DNA of 64,000 nucleotides from Podarcis liolepis (lineage: Eukaryota). The notes beneath the pieces are model-generated. The model did not search any database, was not told the DNA's origin, and was given only the letters and a program-made list of their open reading frames with translations. The position numbers and the translations under genes are program-made. Within the stretch, counting starts at the first letter, position 1; each line of letters begins with the position of its first letter. Shown here in pieces: positions 1 through 11,319 of this stretch. Location: NCBI GenBank assembly GCA_965112155.1, contig OZ218102.1; one strand, 5' to 3'.

Positions 1-384
1 GTCCTTTTACCACCTATATGTGGTATATTTATGCTCATTAAATGTTGACTGCAGAATTAACCAAGCTTGGCTGAATCACATGCAATGCTAAATTATAGTT
101 TAGTAGCATTAGAAGGATTGTAGCCCCCTCCACTGGTCTACATAGTTGTTAAGATTGTGAGCTAAGACAAAATTCACTAAACTTGTTTTTTGTATATAAA
201 GCAGCCATCAGATCCTAATTCGAAATACTTAAGTGGCATAATAGTGCTCTACCAAACAGCACTGTTGTAAAATTACTGAGATAATGTATATAGCATATAC
301 TTCTAACCTGCTTAGCACTGCTTAAAAGCTTGGTTGTGGAGATTGTAAATTGTAAGCTCATAAATATATTCCTCTTTCTTTCAG

Positions 385-568
385 TGTTCGTCCACCAAAG
401 AAAAGCTGGAAGAAGATTTTCAACTTGTCAGGTGGCGAGAAGACACTTAGCTCGCTGGCTTTGGTGTTTGCTTTACATCATTACAAACCAACTCCTCTTT
501 ACTTCATGGATGAAATTGATGCAGCCCTTGATTTTAAAAATGTATCCATCGTAGCATTTTACATATAC
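385..568 (+). CDS. SMC4: SMC4 penultimate coding exon (ABC-ATPase head: signature LSGGEKT, Walker B/D-loop YFMDEIDAALD)
   Basis: tttctttcag acceptor at 383-384 and gtaagt donor at 569; translates VRPPKKSWKKIFNLSGGEKTLSSLALVFALHHYKPTPLYFMDEIDAALDFKNVSIVAFYIY, typical of SMC4. Confidence 0.97.
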
Positions 569-1485
569 GTAAGTAGTACAGAAGCCAATATCCAAGTTTT
601 ACATTTTTAGTAGTATCAAATTAATGCTAGTTTTGTGTAAAATAATTAGAAAAGGTCTTGGGTATGTCTGCTTCTGGGGCATGTCAATGAAGAGCAGTGT
701 TTCTCTGACTGAAGTGAAGTTACCCAAAAGGAAAGGGTTAAGTCCCAGTACGGATAACAAAAATAAGGAAAATGTCATTAAGTCTTTGAAATTTACATCT
801 TAGTTGCTTGGAGCCTTCCCCAGTTTGCGCTTGCCTTGACTCCAGGACAGCTTTTTTCACAAGCTCTTTGCTTCAGTGTTTGACAATACTTGCATGTTAC
901 TCTTTGGCTGCCTCTCTCTAAAGAATTCACTTCCTCAGCTTTCTGCATTCCAGAAAAAAAATCTTCAGCCTCTTCCTTTCTCTATGGCACCACATTGAAA
1001 AGACAGCATCTTAGGGTGATCAAATAAGCGAACCTAAAGAAGATTGCTGTGGAGCCTAAACCTAGGACTCTCCAATTCCTCCTATCAGTCATTTAATGCA
1101 ACTGTTGTCTGCTGCCATTTTCAATCCTCCACACAGCAACAACGCAGATTGCAATCAAAACTTGACTATTCAATCACTATAAAGAGAACCACACATGGCA
1201 AATCTTTTGTCCCCTCTACTCATCCCAGGTCAGAGATTCAACAGCGGCCCTACTCAAAAAGTCTGACTCCGTAACTTATCAGACCAACAACACATTAGAT
1301 GAATCAGATCTCTGGAACCACTCTGTCTGCTGTCAGTAGCCTCAACACAGGCTCCAAACTCTAGGTCATTTATCCATAATTCTGCTTCTGAATTTTAATG
1401 CCATCAGTTCTTTGACAACCTAGAAAAACAGGAAGGAGAATATTCTGGCAGCATCACTGAAGAGCAGTCAATCACTTGACATGTT

Positions 1486-1628
1486 CATAGAATTGTAGAG
1501 TTATAAGGGACTCTGAGACTCATCTAGTCCAACCCTCTGCAATGCAGGAATATGCAACTGTCCCATATAGGGATTGAAGCTGCTACCTTGGTGTTATCAG
1601 CACTATGCTCTAACCAGCTGGGTTATCC
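1486..1628 (-). mobile_element. tRNA-derived SINE with CR1-type 3' tail (Squam3-like)
   Basis: Minus strand has a tRNA-like head (ggataacccagctggttagagcatagtgctgataacaccaagg...) followed by the CR1 tail ttgcagagggttggactagatga...ttctatga. Confidence 0.65.
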
Positions 1629-2412
1629 TTTAATCATCATAGTGATTCTTTTGTAGCTTTACTCTCAAAAACTATTTCTTGCTACCCATGAATCAGTTCA
1701 GCTGATTCTCCAGGGCAACAAAGAAAGCCACTTTATAATGAGTCATAGCATTGGTTCATCTTGCCCAGTATCATCTACCCTGACAGGCAGTGGCTTTCCA
1801 GGGTTTCAGATAGGAGTCTCTTCTAGTCTTACCTGGAGATGCCTGAGACCTCCATACAAACCAGATGTTCTACCTCTGAGCTAGGGCTCTTTCCCCAACC
1901 TGTATTTCCAGAATCCAGGTCAGCTCCTAAAGAGGTTTCCTTCCCATCCCAACAGAAAAGGCAGAATTGATTACACGCATCAGAATAAGAAATCTTCACA
2001 GTTAGCACAAAGGGTTTACATATTCCCCTCTTGACCAGTGGAGGATCTCAAAGACCTAGTGGTAGACGTCCCAGTAGAAACCTTCCTTTCTGGTACAGTT
2101 CAGTCTAAAGATCATGCCTCCCTAAAGAGAACCCAATGAGAAAAAGGAGGTTCTTTCATTAATAAAGTCTCAAAGCTTCTGTCCTCAACCTTAGGACCCT
2201 GCTTCCACTTTCTTTCCTTCCTGTGTCTAGAGGATTTACTTTTTAACAAAGACCGAGATGACATAACGCATCATAGAATATTGTCCAGACTTTCTAAAGC
2301 TTCTGTCTTTATTCCTGATGCCAATCCTCAAAATTGCTGCTGAACCCAACGAATCTTGGCTAGGGCACTGCTCTCTAGGAATTTGACAAGCTGATAGTCA
2401 TCTCAAACAATG

Positions 2413-2813
2413 GAAGAGATTCAGGCAGGTAGCTGTGTTGGTCTGCAGCAGAAGATATATATATATATATATATTTTAAAAATATTGTCCAGTAGCACCT
2501 TAGAGACCAACTAAGTTTGTTCTCGGTATGAGCTTTCATGTGCATGCACACTTCTTCAGATACACTGAAACAGAAGTCAGCAGACCTTTATCTATAGTGA
2601 GAGGGTGGGGAGGGGTATTACTCAGAAGGGTGGTGGGAATGGGTGATTGGCTGATAGGTGTGGTAAACCTGTTGACGACTGTTAACGACTGCAGTTGGTC
2701 TTTGAGATCTTGTATAGAATGTCCTAGGAGATTGAAGTGTTCTCCTACTGGACATAAATCTGACATCAGGAATCACAAGACAGAGAAACCAGTAGGAGAA
2801 CACTTCAATCTCC
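2413..2813 (-). mobile_element. Penelope-like retroelement fragment (pseudo-LTR plus GIY-YIG endonuclease fragment with local inversion)
   Basis: GIY-YIG-type peptide GHKSDIRNHKTEKPVGEHFNLP on + and PVGEHFNLLGHSIQDLK on -; 25-bp perfect inverted repeat 2727-2751/2789-2813; pLTR sequence shared with 17817-18032. Confidence 0.8.
2526..2563 (-). ncRNA. Minimal type I hammerhead ribozyme motif (Penelope pLTR)
   Basis: Minus strand GTAT CTGAAGA A GTGTGCATGCACAT GAAA GC TC ATAC: CUGANGA/GAAA/UH core, stem I GTAT/ATAC, stem II hairpin closed by G-U. Confidence 0.65.
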
Positions 2814-3070
2814 CTCAGCCAATAAAGTGAGATGAGCACCGCAACCCCAGAGTCGGTCATGACTGGACTTAATGGTCATGGGTCCCTTTACCTAAGGTGC
2901 TACTGGATAATTTTTAAATTTTTAAAATATATTTCTAATGGAAGAAATTGTACTAATCTTGGTGGTTGTTAATTACCTATCACTACTGCTTGAAAAAAAC
3001 TGGGAAACTATTGTGGTTTTTTTGCCAGGCTCATTACAAATCCTAATTGAAAATATGTTTCAATTTCTAG

Positions 3071-3247
3071 GAACAAACAAAAAATGCACAATTCATCATC
3101 ATCTCTCTGAGAAACAACATGTTTGAAATTGCGGATAGACTAATTGGGATTTACAAGACTTACAATACCACAAAAAGTGTTGCAACAAATCCCAAAGTGA
3201 TTGCATTGAAGGGACTTGCTGAACTTGGTTCTGTAGGGTGCTCCTGA
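3071..3247 (+). CDS. SMC4: SMC4 last coding exon
   Basis: tttctag acceptor; EQTKNAQFIIISLRNNMFEIADRLIGIYKTYNTTKSVATNPKVIALKGLAELGSVGCS*, TGA at 3245-3247; in phase with the previous exon. Confidence 0.96.
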   Translation, partial: EQTKNAQFIIISLRNNMFEIADRLIGIYKTYNTTKSVATNPKVIALKGLAELGSVGCS

Positions 3248-3512
3248 ATACAGAAGTGACTTCTATTTAACCAGTAGACTTTTCTAATGAACATTTCCTA
3301 ATACACATTTTCCCCCAGTTTGTGTTTTTAAATGCGTTAGCAACTTTTTCAAAGCTACTAGCATTTTGAAAGAAAGAAAAGGAAGTTCTAAACTGCAACT
3401 AGATGTACATTGCTCTGTGGTGCTTAGCAATCACCATGCCATGCCAGTACACTTTATTTTTGAGGTAAAGCCTATAATTGTTTTTAAAGCATTTAATGTT
3501 TTTATTTGTTAA

Positions 3513-3518
3513 AATAAA
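3513..3518 (+). terminator. Probable SMC4 polyadenylation signal AATAAA
   Basis: AATAAA about 265 nt after the stop, with U-rich upstream and GU/U-rich downstream sequence. Confidence 0.6.
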
Positions 3519-3854
3519 ATCATAAATTGACTGAGGTGTGATTTCCTTGTATTCCTACATATATACCAACTTCTAAAGAAAACTGAAATGTGTGGAAACT
3601 ATAGGTTCATATTACATATACAGTTGCAGAAGCCCTCACCTCCTTACCATTGTAAGGTCGCCATGTTGCAAAGTTGCTTGTATTCTCCAGCGTTTCTTGT
3701 GCTGCGGCAGTCTGCTTCTGGAGAATTGCTGGCCTTGGTTTTTAGGAGGGCTTCCAGCAACACTGTAGGTGTATTTCTCAAATGAAAGTTAAAATGCCGT
3801 TTAAATTTTACTTCAGCTTATTTCTCTCATGGGACAGAGGCAACATTTCAAGCC

Positions 3855-4920
3855 TCATTTTTGTTGTAAGACAGAAAGAGCATCCCTGAGGATGGCCTCT
3901 TTCTCCTGGTATACCTTCCTGCACTTAGCTTCCTCATCTAACACAGATTGGAAAAAGAGCTTCTGCCAAAGCAAAATAAATGTGTAGCCCTTTTGCACTA
4001 CCCAAACCATTTGCTCCTGGAGCAACTGAAGGTTTGTCTTGGTACAGAGGCTACATCTGAAACATGAAAATGAGATTTCTAATTTCTTGTTTGTTTTTAA
4101 TAAAAATGTTAACTGAAGGTATGCAAGCACAGTTCAAAATTCTTGGTCCTCCGCTATAACCATGCTGGTCAGTGAGCAGGCCGGAAACAAAGACTTTTGC
4201 TAATGACACCCTGAAGGTCCACAAGATGTATTTACTTGCAGGCTTCAATCTCAATGAGAATCCATTGTTGAAGTGCTAGAGGATATCTTAACACCACCAC
4301 CCTTTCCCTCTGGTTGGGAATGGGATGAACTCCACAGGTCCCATAAAAAGATATTTTGTTCTTCCCTGGTCTTGTGCAGTATGGGCGAGGCTCAAGAAAG
4401 CAGACGTGATTCTCTTGAAAGAAGGCAGATGCAGCAAACAACATGTAGTGCAAGACTCTAGCTAGGTGGTGCAGTTCTCCTGGTTGACACTGAATAGTTG
4501 ACAACCTTCCACCTCCTGGGAGATGTATTAATTACATTTAAGTTTCTGCTGAATGTATTTTTTTCTTTTGACCTAGATGACTAGATACCTTAAAAGATCT
4601 GAGGTACAGGCCCATATGGCACAATTAAGTGCTACTGATTTCAATGAGATTTATTCCCAAAGTAACCAATATATGTCCAGTGGCAAGAACATTTATAGAT
4701 TCCTACTTGTTCATTTTACTCTAAGTATACTCTTTGCAACCCAATGATATGATCATTGGTCTATGGGAACCTGAAATTTACAGGCCTCTCTGTCTCCCAA
4801 GTGGAATGTTTCCTGACTACATTATATGTGCACAACTGATTTTGAAAAGACTGAATCCTCCTTTCTGGAAAATTTAATCCTTAACACCCCCCCCAATAAT
4901 GTGAATGGTACACAAGGGCA
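3855..4920 (-). pseudogene. Possible decayed KCNRG-like (BTB/T1 domain) gene
   Basis: Weak colinear peptide matches in mixed frames to KCNRG/KCTD T1 motifs, plus a GT-AG pair at 4235/4057; position mirrors TRIM13-KCNRG. Confidence 0.35.
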
Positions 4921-5461
4921 GCAAAGTTACGTTGTTCAAGTTTTATTTAAAATACCTTCAGAAGTAGGTTTGTGATAGAGATGACAATTGTCAGCAAAAG
5001 CTGTTCGCTGTAATGAAGATTAAGATATTAGTACATGGAAAAATACAAATTCTGCAATCCGAAAAACTGGAAAAATAACTTCAATACATTTTCTTTCTTT
5101 TTTTTACATTTTAAAAGCATGAAGCTGAATACGTAATAAAAAGCCCCACAATTCTTAGGAAATAAATTACAGGTGCAAGTTACATAAGGCTGTGGTGGGT
5201 GAACAACCAAAATATAAATCCCATAGGGACTGCTCCACTAGGCAAGATATCAGTGTGTAGCTGCCCACCATCCAAGTCCTAAACATGGTAAGTGGTAAGA
5301 TTGGCAAATGATGTACTAAACTACTAAGTAGTTTATTTTTCAGTTCCCATCTGGCTCTTGTGATGTGGTCCAAAGGAAAGTAGAGCAATACATTTGACAC
5401 CAACGTGGATGCAGGAGTTGCCAGAAAGAGACGTACAAGGCGCCACCTTCTCCCACAGATA

Positions 5462-5657
5462 CCGTATTGGCCTGAATAGAAGCTGCACCCAAATATAAGC
5501 TGCACCTTTAAAATTCAAGGTGGGGGGGGAGAGACAATACCTGAATATAATTCTATCATAAAAGCCAGCATTGTAAGGTTGTGAATTTAAGCCACACTTT
5601 AACTTTTCATGGTTGAAATTTGGGGGGAAAGTGAGGCTTATATTCAGGCCAATACAG
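5462..5657. mobile_element. Tc1/mariner-type MITE
   Basis: TIRs ccgtattggcctgaata / tattcaggccaatacag flanked by TA on both sides. Confidence 0.8.
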
Positions 5658-7296
5658 TATTCTGCAAGGCAGGGGTTTAGTAGTTTTCCTTCTCCCAGGT
5701 GGGCTGCCTTCCCAGGTTGAGGAGCCACATTTGCCCCTCAATTCTCCCTCTACAGCAACATGCAAAAACCCTTCTTGACCGTTGGACCCACTATTGGTCT
5801 CATCCGCTCAATCCACTGCAGGCTGTCTTTGCATGCAGGGATAGTGCAGATAGTGCCCGTGAGTGGGCAAACTACCCCAGGAGCATGACGTCCCCCACCA
5901 GAAGTACTACCCCTTGCCTAACACCCCATAGATATGGAATAGCTTATTACCAAATGCAGCAGTGCCTATTTAAACATACAATCCACATCTAGGTCTGTGC
6001 TGAAAATTTCAGATGATCAGTGCAGGACACACATATTCACCGGAACAGTGATGCACTCGTCCAAAGGAACATTCATTTCCTGTAACTTACACATTTAGAG
6101 TGACATGACATCTTGGAACTTAGATAGGGCTGTCGCCTGTAGGGGTTATGTCTACTCTTGAATCTCTCCAGGAGGCACTTCTAAGGTATTTATAAGAAAA
6201 ATATTCCAGCGCCCTTCTTAGAACTGACTCAAGTTCAAACCTCTGTTGAGCCATAAAGGTAGAAATCCTGTGAGATTTCTAATAGATCCTTACCCCACTC
6301 TGAAGTAAGCTTCATAAAAAGTAAGAGACCTATTTCTGAGTAGAAGTATTATGAATTGTGGTGTATTATGAGATAAGCAACGTAGTCTGTTGAAAAGTGT
6401 AAGTAAACATTTCCAATTTGATAAAACGTGTAATTCATTTATACAAAAATATACAGTGAACATACAGAAACATTGAATCCACCAAGTCTTATGCCAGCAG
6501 AAAAACTAGTTTCAATTACAGCATACTATTGCCTTCTGCGTATATCCCTAACATAATCACCAAACTACATATACATGTACAGTTCTTGTTTGTAGGGTTT
6601 TGTGATTTCCTACAACAGCTGTAAAGCAAACACCTTCTTATGTTCCCAGACATGCTGTTTTGTCACTTTGGGAATTACTGGCAGTTATTTTTCATACTAG
6701 TTAACGATTAACTTTGTTTTCTGGAAAAAATGCATTTTGAAATCTTTGGTACTTAAAACATTAAACACTGATGGGGCAACTAAGAAAATTAGTGGAAGGT
6801 TATAGGGTACTTAAGATTAATGTGTCACTAAAATACTATGACATTCATTCCACTCTCTTTGCACTAAATAATACTTTGGAAATAGCGTTTATAAAATATG
6901 TAAAAGTGTAAGTAAAGACAAACAAGGATTGAAGGTCACAAAGATGTGATAGCAGAGGATGCTAATTCAAGGGAAAGTCTGCTATAGCTCCCAAACTGCC
7001 TTTACAGGACCGTTTAATCTTTACTTCTTTTTTAACACTTTATTTACACTTTAATCTTTACTTATATCAGTTTGTGAACATATTCTGAGACCAGAAATTC
7101 CCATGTATTGGTTTCATTTTAATAAAATTTCCATCCCCTTACTATAAATTGTTGCTGGTAAATCGGCCAATAGGCTCAATCATCTGATCTTAATGGCTAC
7201 CATTCTAAGTTTAACAACAGGCTATAAGAATCTGTTTTTAAAAATTAAAATAATCCATGAGGTCCTTAATATAGCACAGGTTGCTACTTGAAATAT

Positions 7297-8520
7297 TCAC
7301 ATGGAACTAGGGAATATTCTGTATAGGCATTCAAGTAGAAAATTAGAGGTATACCACAGGGTTCCCACCACCATCTGAAACCTCTTACTAAAATCTTGAT
7401 AGAATGTTTCCAAGGACTCCATAACAAAGGGAAATGTTCCTTCCTTTACAAATGGAAAGGGATGTTGGCTAAAGATAATAGTAGCCACAACTAAGAAAGT
7501 GAGTATAACTGCCAGATGCTTTAAGGACCTGAAGAATTCTTTACGTGGTTTCTTCTCCTTTTCACAGCCATGGCTACATATTTTTTCTTTTGAAATTAGC
7601 TTTATTTTGGGAATGACAATCTTGTTGACCTGACTAATTTCACTTTTGGACCACACATCTTTCAGCACCTGCCCTATTCGCGGGTAGATTTCTACAGGCT
7701 TTATATTTGGTAACGGCTTTTCCTTCAAAGCTTTAACACGCTGGCGAATATCATCAACCTTCTCCAGAAATAAGAGGGGAGATTCCTCCTCCTGAATGGC
7801 TGTATTCAGTGACATCAATTCAAGTTGTTCTTCCCGTATGCCTTTCATATTTTCAATTAGAGGTTCATATTCTGTCTCAATTTGCATGTTCACTTCTTCC
7901 AAAGCTGCAAGCAAAGCTTGTTTTTTATGATCAAGTAAATCACTGAGTCTCTTGAAATATTGCAACACAGTTTTTTTATCCTCCTGGACAATGCTCTCAC
8001 ATTGAGCTTTATGTTCTTCCAGGTTTTCAATAAGTAAACACACTTCACTCCAGTGTTTATCTGTCAGCTGTTCAAGGAGTTTGCCAGGAGTTTCCTTTTC
8101 TTTCATGTAGGCACTTTGAAGGTCGTCTATGGGATGGCCATGGTGTTTTCCTATTGTAAGACAATGGCCACATACTAGTTTTTTGTCTTGAAGACAGTAA
8201 ACATTTAGAGGTTGTCTATAATGTTCACTACACGTAGCGACATCTGGATGGTCCTCTTGCTGATACTTTTCAATTATAGCCTTTAATACAAAGTTGACAG
8301 GCAAAGATTCTGTGCCCGTCGGTGGAATTTCAACAATGCTTCTACAGTTGGGACACTTCAGTGGAAGTCTTAAGGGTCTCCATATGGAAAAGTTGCCTGA
8401 TAACTGAAGAACACTTTCCAAACAGTTTCTACAAAAAGTATGTGAACATGGCAGTACACGAGGGTCATCAAATATACTGTAGCAAATGGAACAAGTTAGT
8501 TCCTCTTCAAAATGATGCAT
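7297..8520 (-). CDS. TRIM59: Tripartite motif-containing protein 59 (RING, B-box, coiled-coil, C-terminal TM), single coding exon, 407 aa
   Basis: MHHFEEELTCSICYSIFDDPRVLPCSHTFCRNC...CPNCR RING; CSEH...C..D...VCGHC....HHGH B-box; hydrophobic LAVILTFLVVATIIF; acceptor tttttag 3 nt before the ATG; synteny with SMC4 and KPNA4. Confidence 0.97.
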   Translation of the reverse strand: MHHFEEELTCSICYSIFDDPRVLPCSHTFCRNCLESVLQLSGNFSIWRPLRLPLKCPNCRSIVEIPPTGTESLPVNFVLKAIIEKYQQEDHPDVATCSEHYRQPLNVYCLQDKKLVCGHCLTIGKHHGHPIDDLQSAYMKEKETPGKLLEQLTDKHWSEVCLLIENLEEHKAQCESIVQEDKKTVLQYFKRLSDLLDHKKQALLAALEEVNMQIETEYEPLIENMKGIREEQLELMSLNTAIQEEESPLLFLEKVDDIRQRVKALKEKPLPNIKPVEIYPRIGQVLKDVWSKSEISQVNKIVIPKIKLISKEKICSHGCEKEKKPRKEFFRSLKHLAVILTFLVVATIIFSQHPFPFVKEGTFPFVMESLETFYQDFSKRFQMVVGTLWYTSNFLLECLYRIFPSSM

Positions 8521-10106
8521 TTCCTAAAAATAAAGAGGGAAACGTTTTTAAAGTTATATATATATGTAAAGTCTAATAGAATCAAGTCATTCTAAGTTGG
8601 TTTAATTAAGCTATAGTATTTATTGCATGTTTTTCAACATAGTTTAAGAAATTAATATAGAAATTGTTTTTTCTTTTTTAAAAAATGTGGAATGGGCCAA
8701 AAACTAATCAGTTATATATTACGGATTCCCACTTACTCTATAAAATGATATGTTGCCAAGCTATAACTAGCACAACCCTCTAATGAAGCAAGAAAGGGGT
8801 TTCTGTCAAACCATCATACATGGACCATATGATCAGAGAAATCAATGCTGCTTATGACTTATAAAGTATATATCTAAATTATGCCACCACTCGTTTAGTC
8901 ATCTTAGTCATGTTCAACTCTCCGTGACCCCATGAGCCAGAGCGTGCCTTGGAAACTCACTTTCTTCTCAGAGCTTCTCCTTATTTATGCTCATTGAGTT
9001 TTGTTGGCAAAATACTGGAGTGGTTTGCCAGTTCCTTCTCCAATCACCACTCATACATACAGTTTATATGGGGCTAATGTCATAGGTTTTCTATATATTT
9101 TTTATTCAAGTACATTTCTGTTCTTAAATAAAAGTATACATTAGCTATGCAAAAAGACACTTAGAAAACATTTCCTCTTAAGCAATGGATGTATTATCAC
9201 AGGTAAACTAAGGAGTGTATTGAGGTTCATTTATGTCATCAGCAACATTAAGCCATAAATGCACTTGTTCATTGCAGGACTTTTCTTGTCAGACCAGGGC
9301 TGCCTACTCATGTTCAAATCCCTACTCAGCCATGAAGCTGAGTGGGTGGCCTTGTGCTGGTCACCAATTCTCAGCCTAACCTACCTAGCTCAATTATAAG
9401 GATAAAATGAAGATGATATGCTGTATGTCCAACTAAACTGATTAGAAGGGACGGATAATAAAAAGGTGATAAGCTGCAAGCTTTAAAGGAAACAACATGT
9501 TTTAAATAACTTTCCTACACATGATCTGTATTAAAACTGAAGACGTAGGTCACCCAGACCGAAATAAGGCTTCCTTTTAGAGAATGTTAGGATAAAGATT
9601 GCTCACTCTTAGAGGAGCCCACCTCTTGTATCTCTGCAGGAGCTACTGACCAGTATATGCCACCAATTTGGAAGGAGGCAAACCTAGAGCAGTGACTCAA
9701 GAGATGCAACAGCACCCTCCTTCAAGTGCAAGTAGTTCTGCTGTCTTTCTGAAACAAGAGTGATGGACTGGTCCAAGTGTACTCAGTGCAGCAGACTGAA
9801 TAATAGGAAACAAAACAGTAAATCATTCAGAGTCAAGGGAGGTATCTATTCCTTGTAGCATACCAGCCGGGACACACTTTGGAGATGACTTCTTCAAAAA
9901 GCTATATAGAACTTTTTTAGGAAGGAGTGCTTAAAGAAAAAAAATAAAACAAATGTCATAAGGTAGCCAAATGTTTCTTTTCCACTCAGAGAATTTATGT
10001 GAAACTTAAATAGGATTGTGTCTCCTTCAATGGGCAAAGGGAGAGGAAGTGGGACCGGCAAGACAAAGCAGACAACATTTGCCACAGCTCACCCATCCAG
10101 TCAGTC

Positions 10107-10482
10107 AGCCAGTGTTGTGTAGTGGTTAGAGCAGGGGTGCACAAACTCTGGCCCGCCAAATGTTTCTGGACTACAACTCCCATCAGCCCCAGCCAGCATA
10201 GTCAGTGATGAGGGATGATGGGAGGTGTAGTCCAACATTCATCTAGAGGGGCTGCAGGTTGTGCCCCCCCCCCGGGGTAGTGTTGGACTAGGGCCTAGGA
10301 GACCAGGGCTCAAATCCTCGCTTGGCCATGAAGCTCACTGAGTGATCTTGGGCCAGTTGCTGCCTCTCAGCTTGACCTACCTCGCAGGGTGGCTGTGGGG
10401 ATTCAAAGAGGAAGTGGAGAACCATGTACACCACCTTGAGCTCCTTTGAGAAAAAGGTAGGATACAAAAGCAATAGTAATAA
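10107..10482 (+). mobile_element. tRNA/CORE-type (MIR-like) SINE interrupted by a hAT MITE
   Basis: A-box (gtgtagtggttagag), B-box-like (gggctcaaatcc), CORE-like ctcagcttgacctacctcgcagggt and A-rich tail. Confidence 0.65.
10132..10274. mobile_element. hAT-type MITE nested in the SINE
   Basis: caggggtgcacaaa start, palindromic internal ggactacaactcccatca...tgatgggaggtgtagtcc, degenerate 8-bp TSD ggttagag/gggtagtg. Confidence 0.65.
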
Positions 10483-10714
10483 CAAGCGGGCCACTGACAC
10501 TGATGACAAGGCCCTCGAGGCACTGCCAGTCTAAAGGTGCTGCAAAGGTCTTTGGGATGAGAGGCTGGAGCTGCACAAATGGCAGGAATCTATTCTGTCA
10601 TGAAGTAAGTCATGATTGCACAACACTTCAGCTTCAACCATGATTAACTATGTTTTAGCTTTTTCTATTTTACCTGTAAACTGCCTTCAGTCCCACTCTG
10701 GGGGAAAGGCAGTA

Positions 10715-10995
10715 CAGTGGTACCTCGCAAGACGAATGCCTCACAAGACAAAAAACGCGCAAGACGAAAGAGTTTTCCGTTTTTTGAGTCGTTCCGCAAG
10801 ACGAATTTCCCTATGGGCTTGCTTCGCAAGATGAAACGTCTTGCGAGTTCTTGCGAGCTTGTTTCCTTTTTCTTAAAGCCGCTAAGCTGTTAATAGCCGC
10901 TAAGCCGTTAATAGCCGCTAAGCCGCTAATAGCCGTCCTGCGCAAGACGAAGAGACTCGCGGAACGGATTAATTTTGTCTTGCGAGGCACCACTG
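10715..10995. mobile_element. pogo/Tigger-like MITE
   Basis: TA-cagtggtacctcgcaagac ... gtcttgcgaggcaccactg-TA; internal taatagccgctaagccg tandem units; same family as 48546-48798. Confidence 0.85.
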
Positions 10996-11319
10996 TATAA
11001 ATGTAAGAACAACAACTATGGTTACCACCAAACATCGCTTAGTGCTAAATGTTGGCAAAGCCTTTGAAATGTACCTTGCCAGGAAAAATCAGTATTGAAA
11101 ATGACATGTTCATTGTCATTGATTGTTTAGAAAGGGGGAATCCTTCAAAGGCAGTGCCATGTTAAGTGTCAGCTTCAGCATCCTGCAAGCTTGAAGTTTG
11201 TTTTTTATCACAAGGTTTAAAAAAAAATAGAGCAAGATCACCTATTTTTGGTCAGTCGTGATTTGTGAACATTCCTTTGACCTCTGCTCCATCCAGAGAA
11301 CAGCAGGTTGATAAATTAC

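Noticed and set aside
1560-1628. tRNA-like sequence (also near 15222 and 14300)
   Set aside because: Degenerate SINE heads attached to retroelement tails, not intact tRNA genes
1-3070. miR-15b/miR-16-2 cluster hosted by SMC4
   Set aside because: Known to sit in an early SMC4 intron outside this window; no matching hairpin seen here
3215-3247. SMC4 C-terminal extension (AELGSVGCS) relative to human
   Set aside because: As I recall, Xenopus SMC4 has a similar tail, so it is probably ancestral rather than novel
6090-6104. Minus-strand VTLNV peptide identical to the start of the KCNRG/KCTD T1 domain
   Set aside because: Immediately followed by a stop with no further T1 motifs at the right spacing; likely chance
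10876-10936. Regularly spaced short repeats that superficially resemble a CRISPR array
   Set aside because: Internal tandem repeats of a Tigger-like MITE; no unique spacers; eukaryotic context
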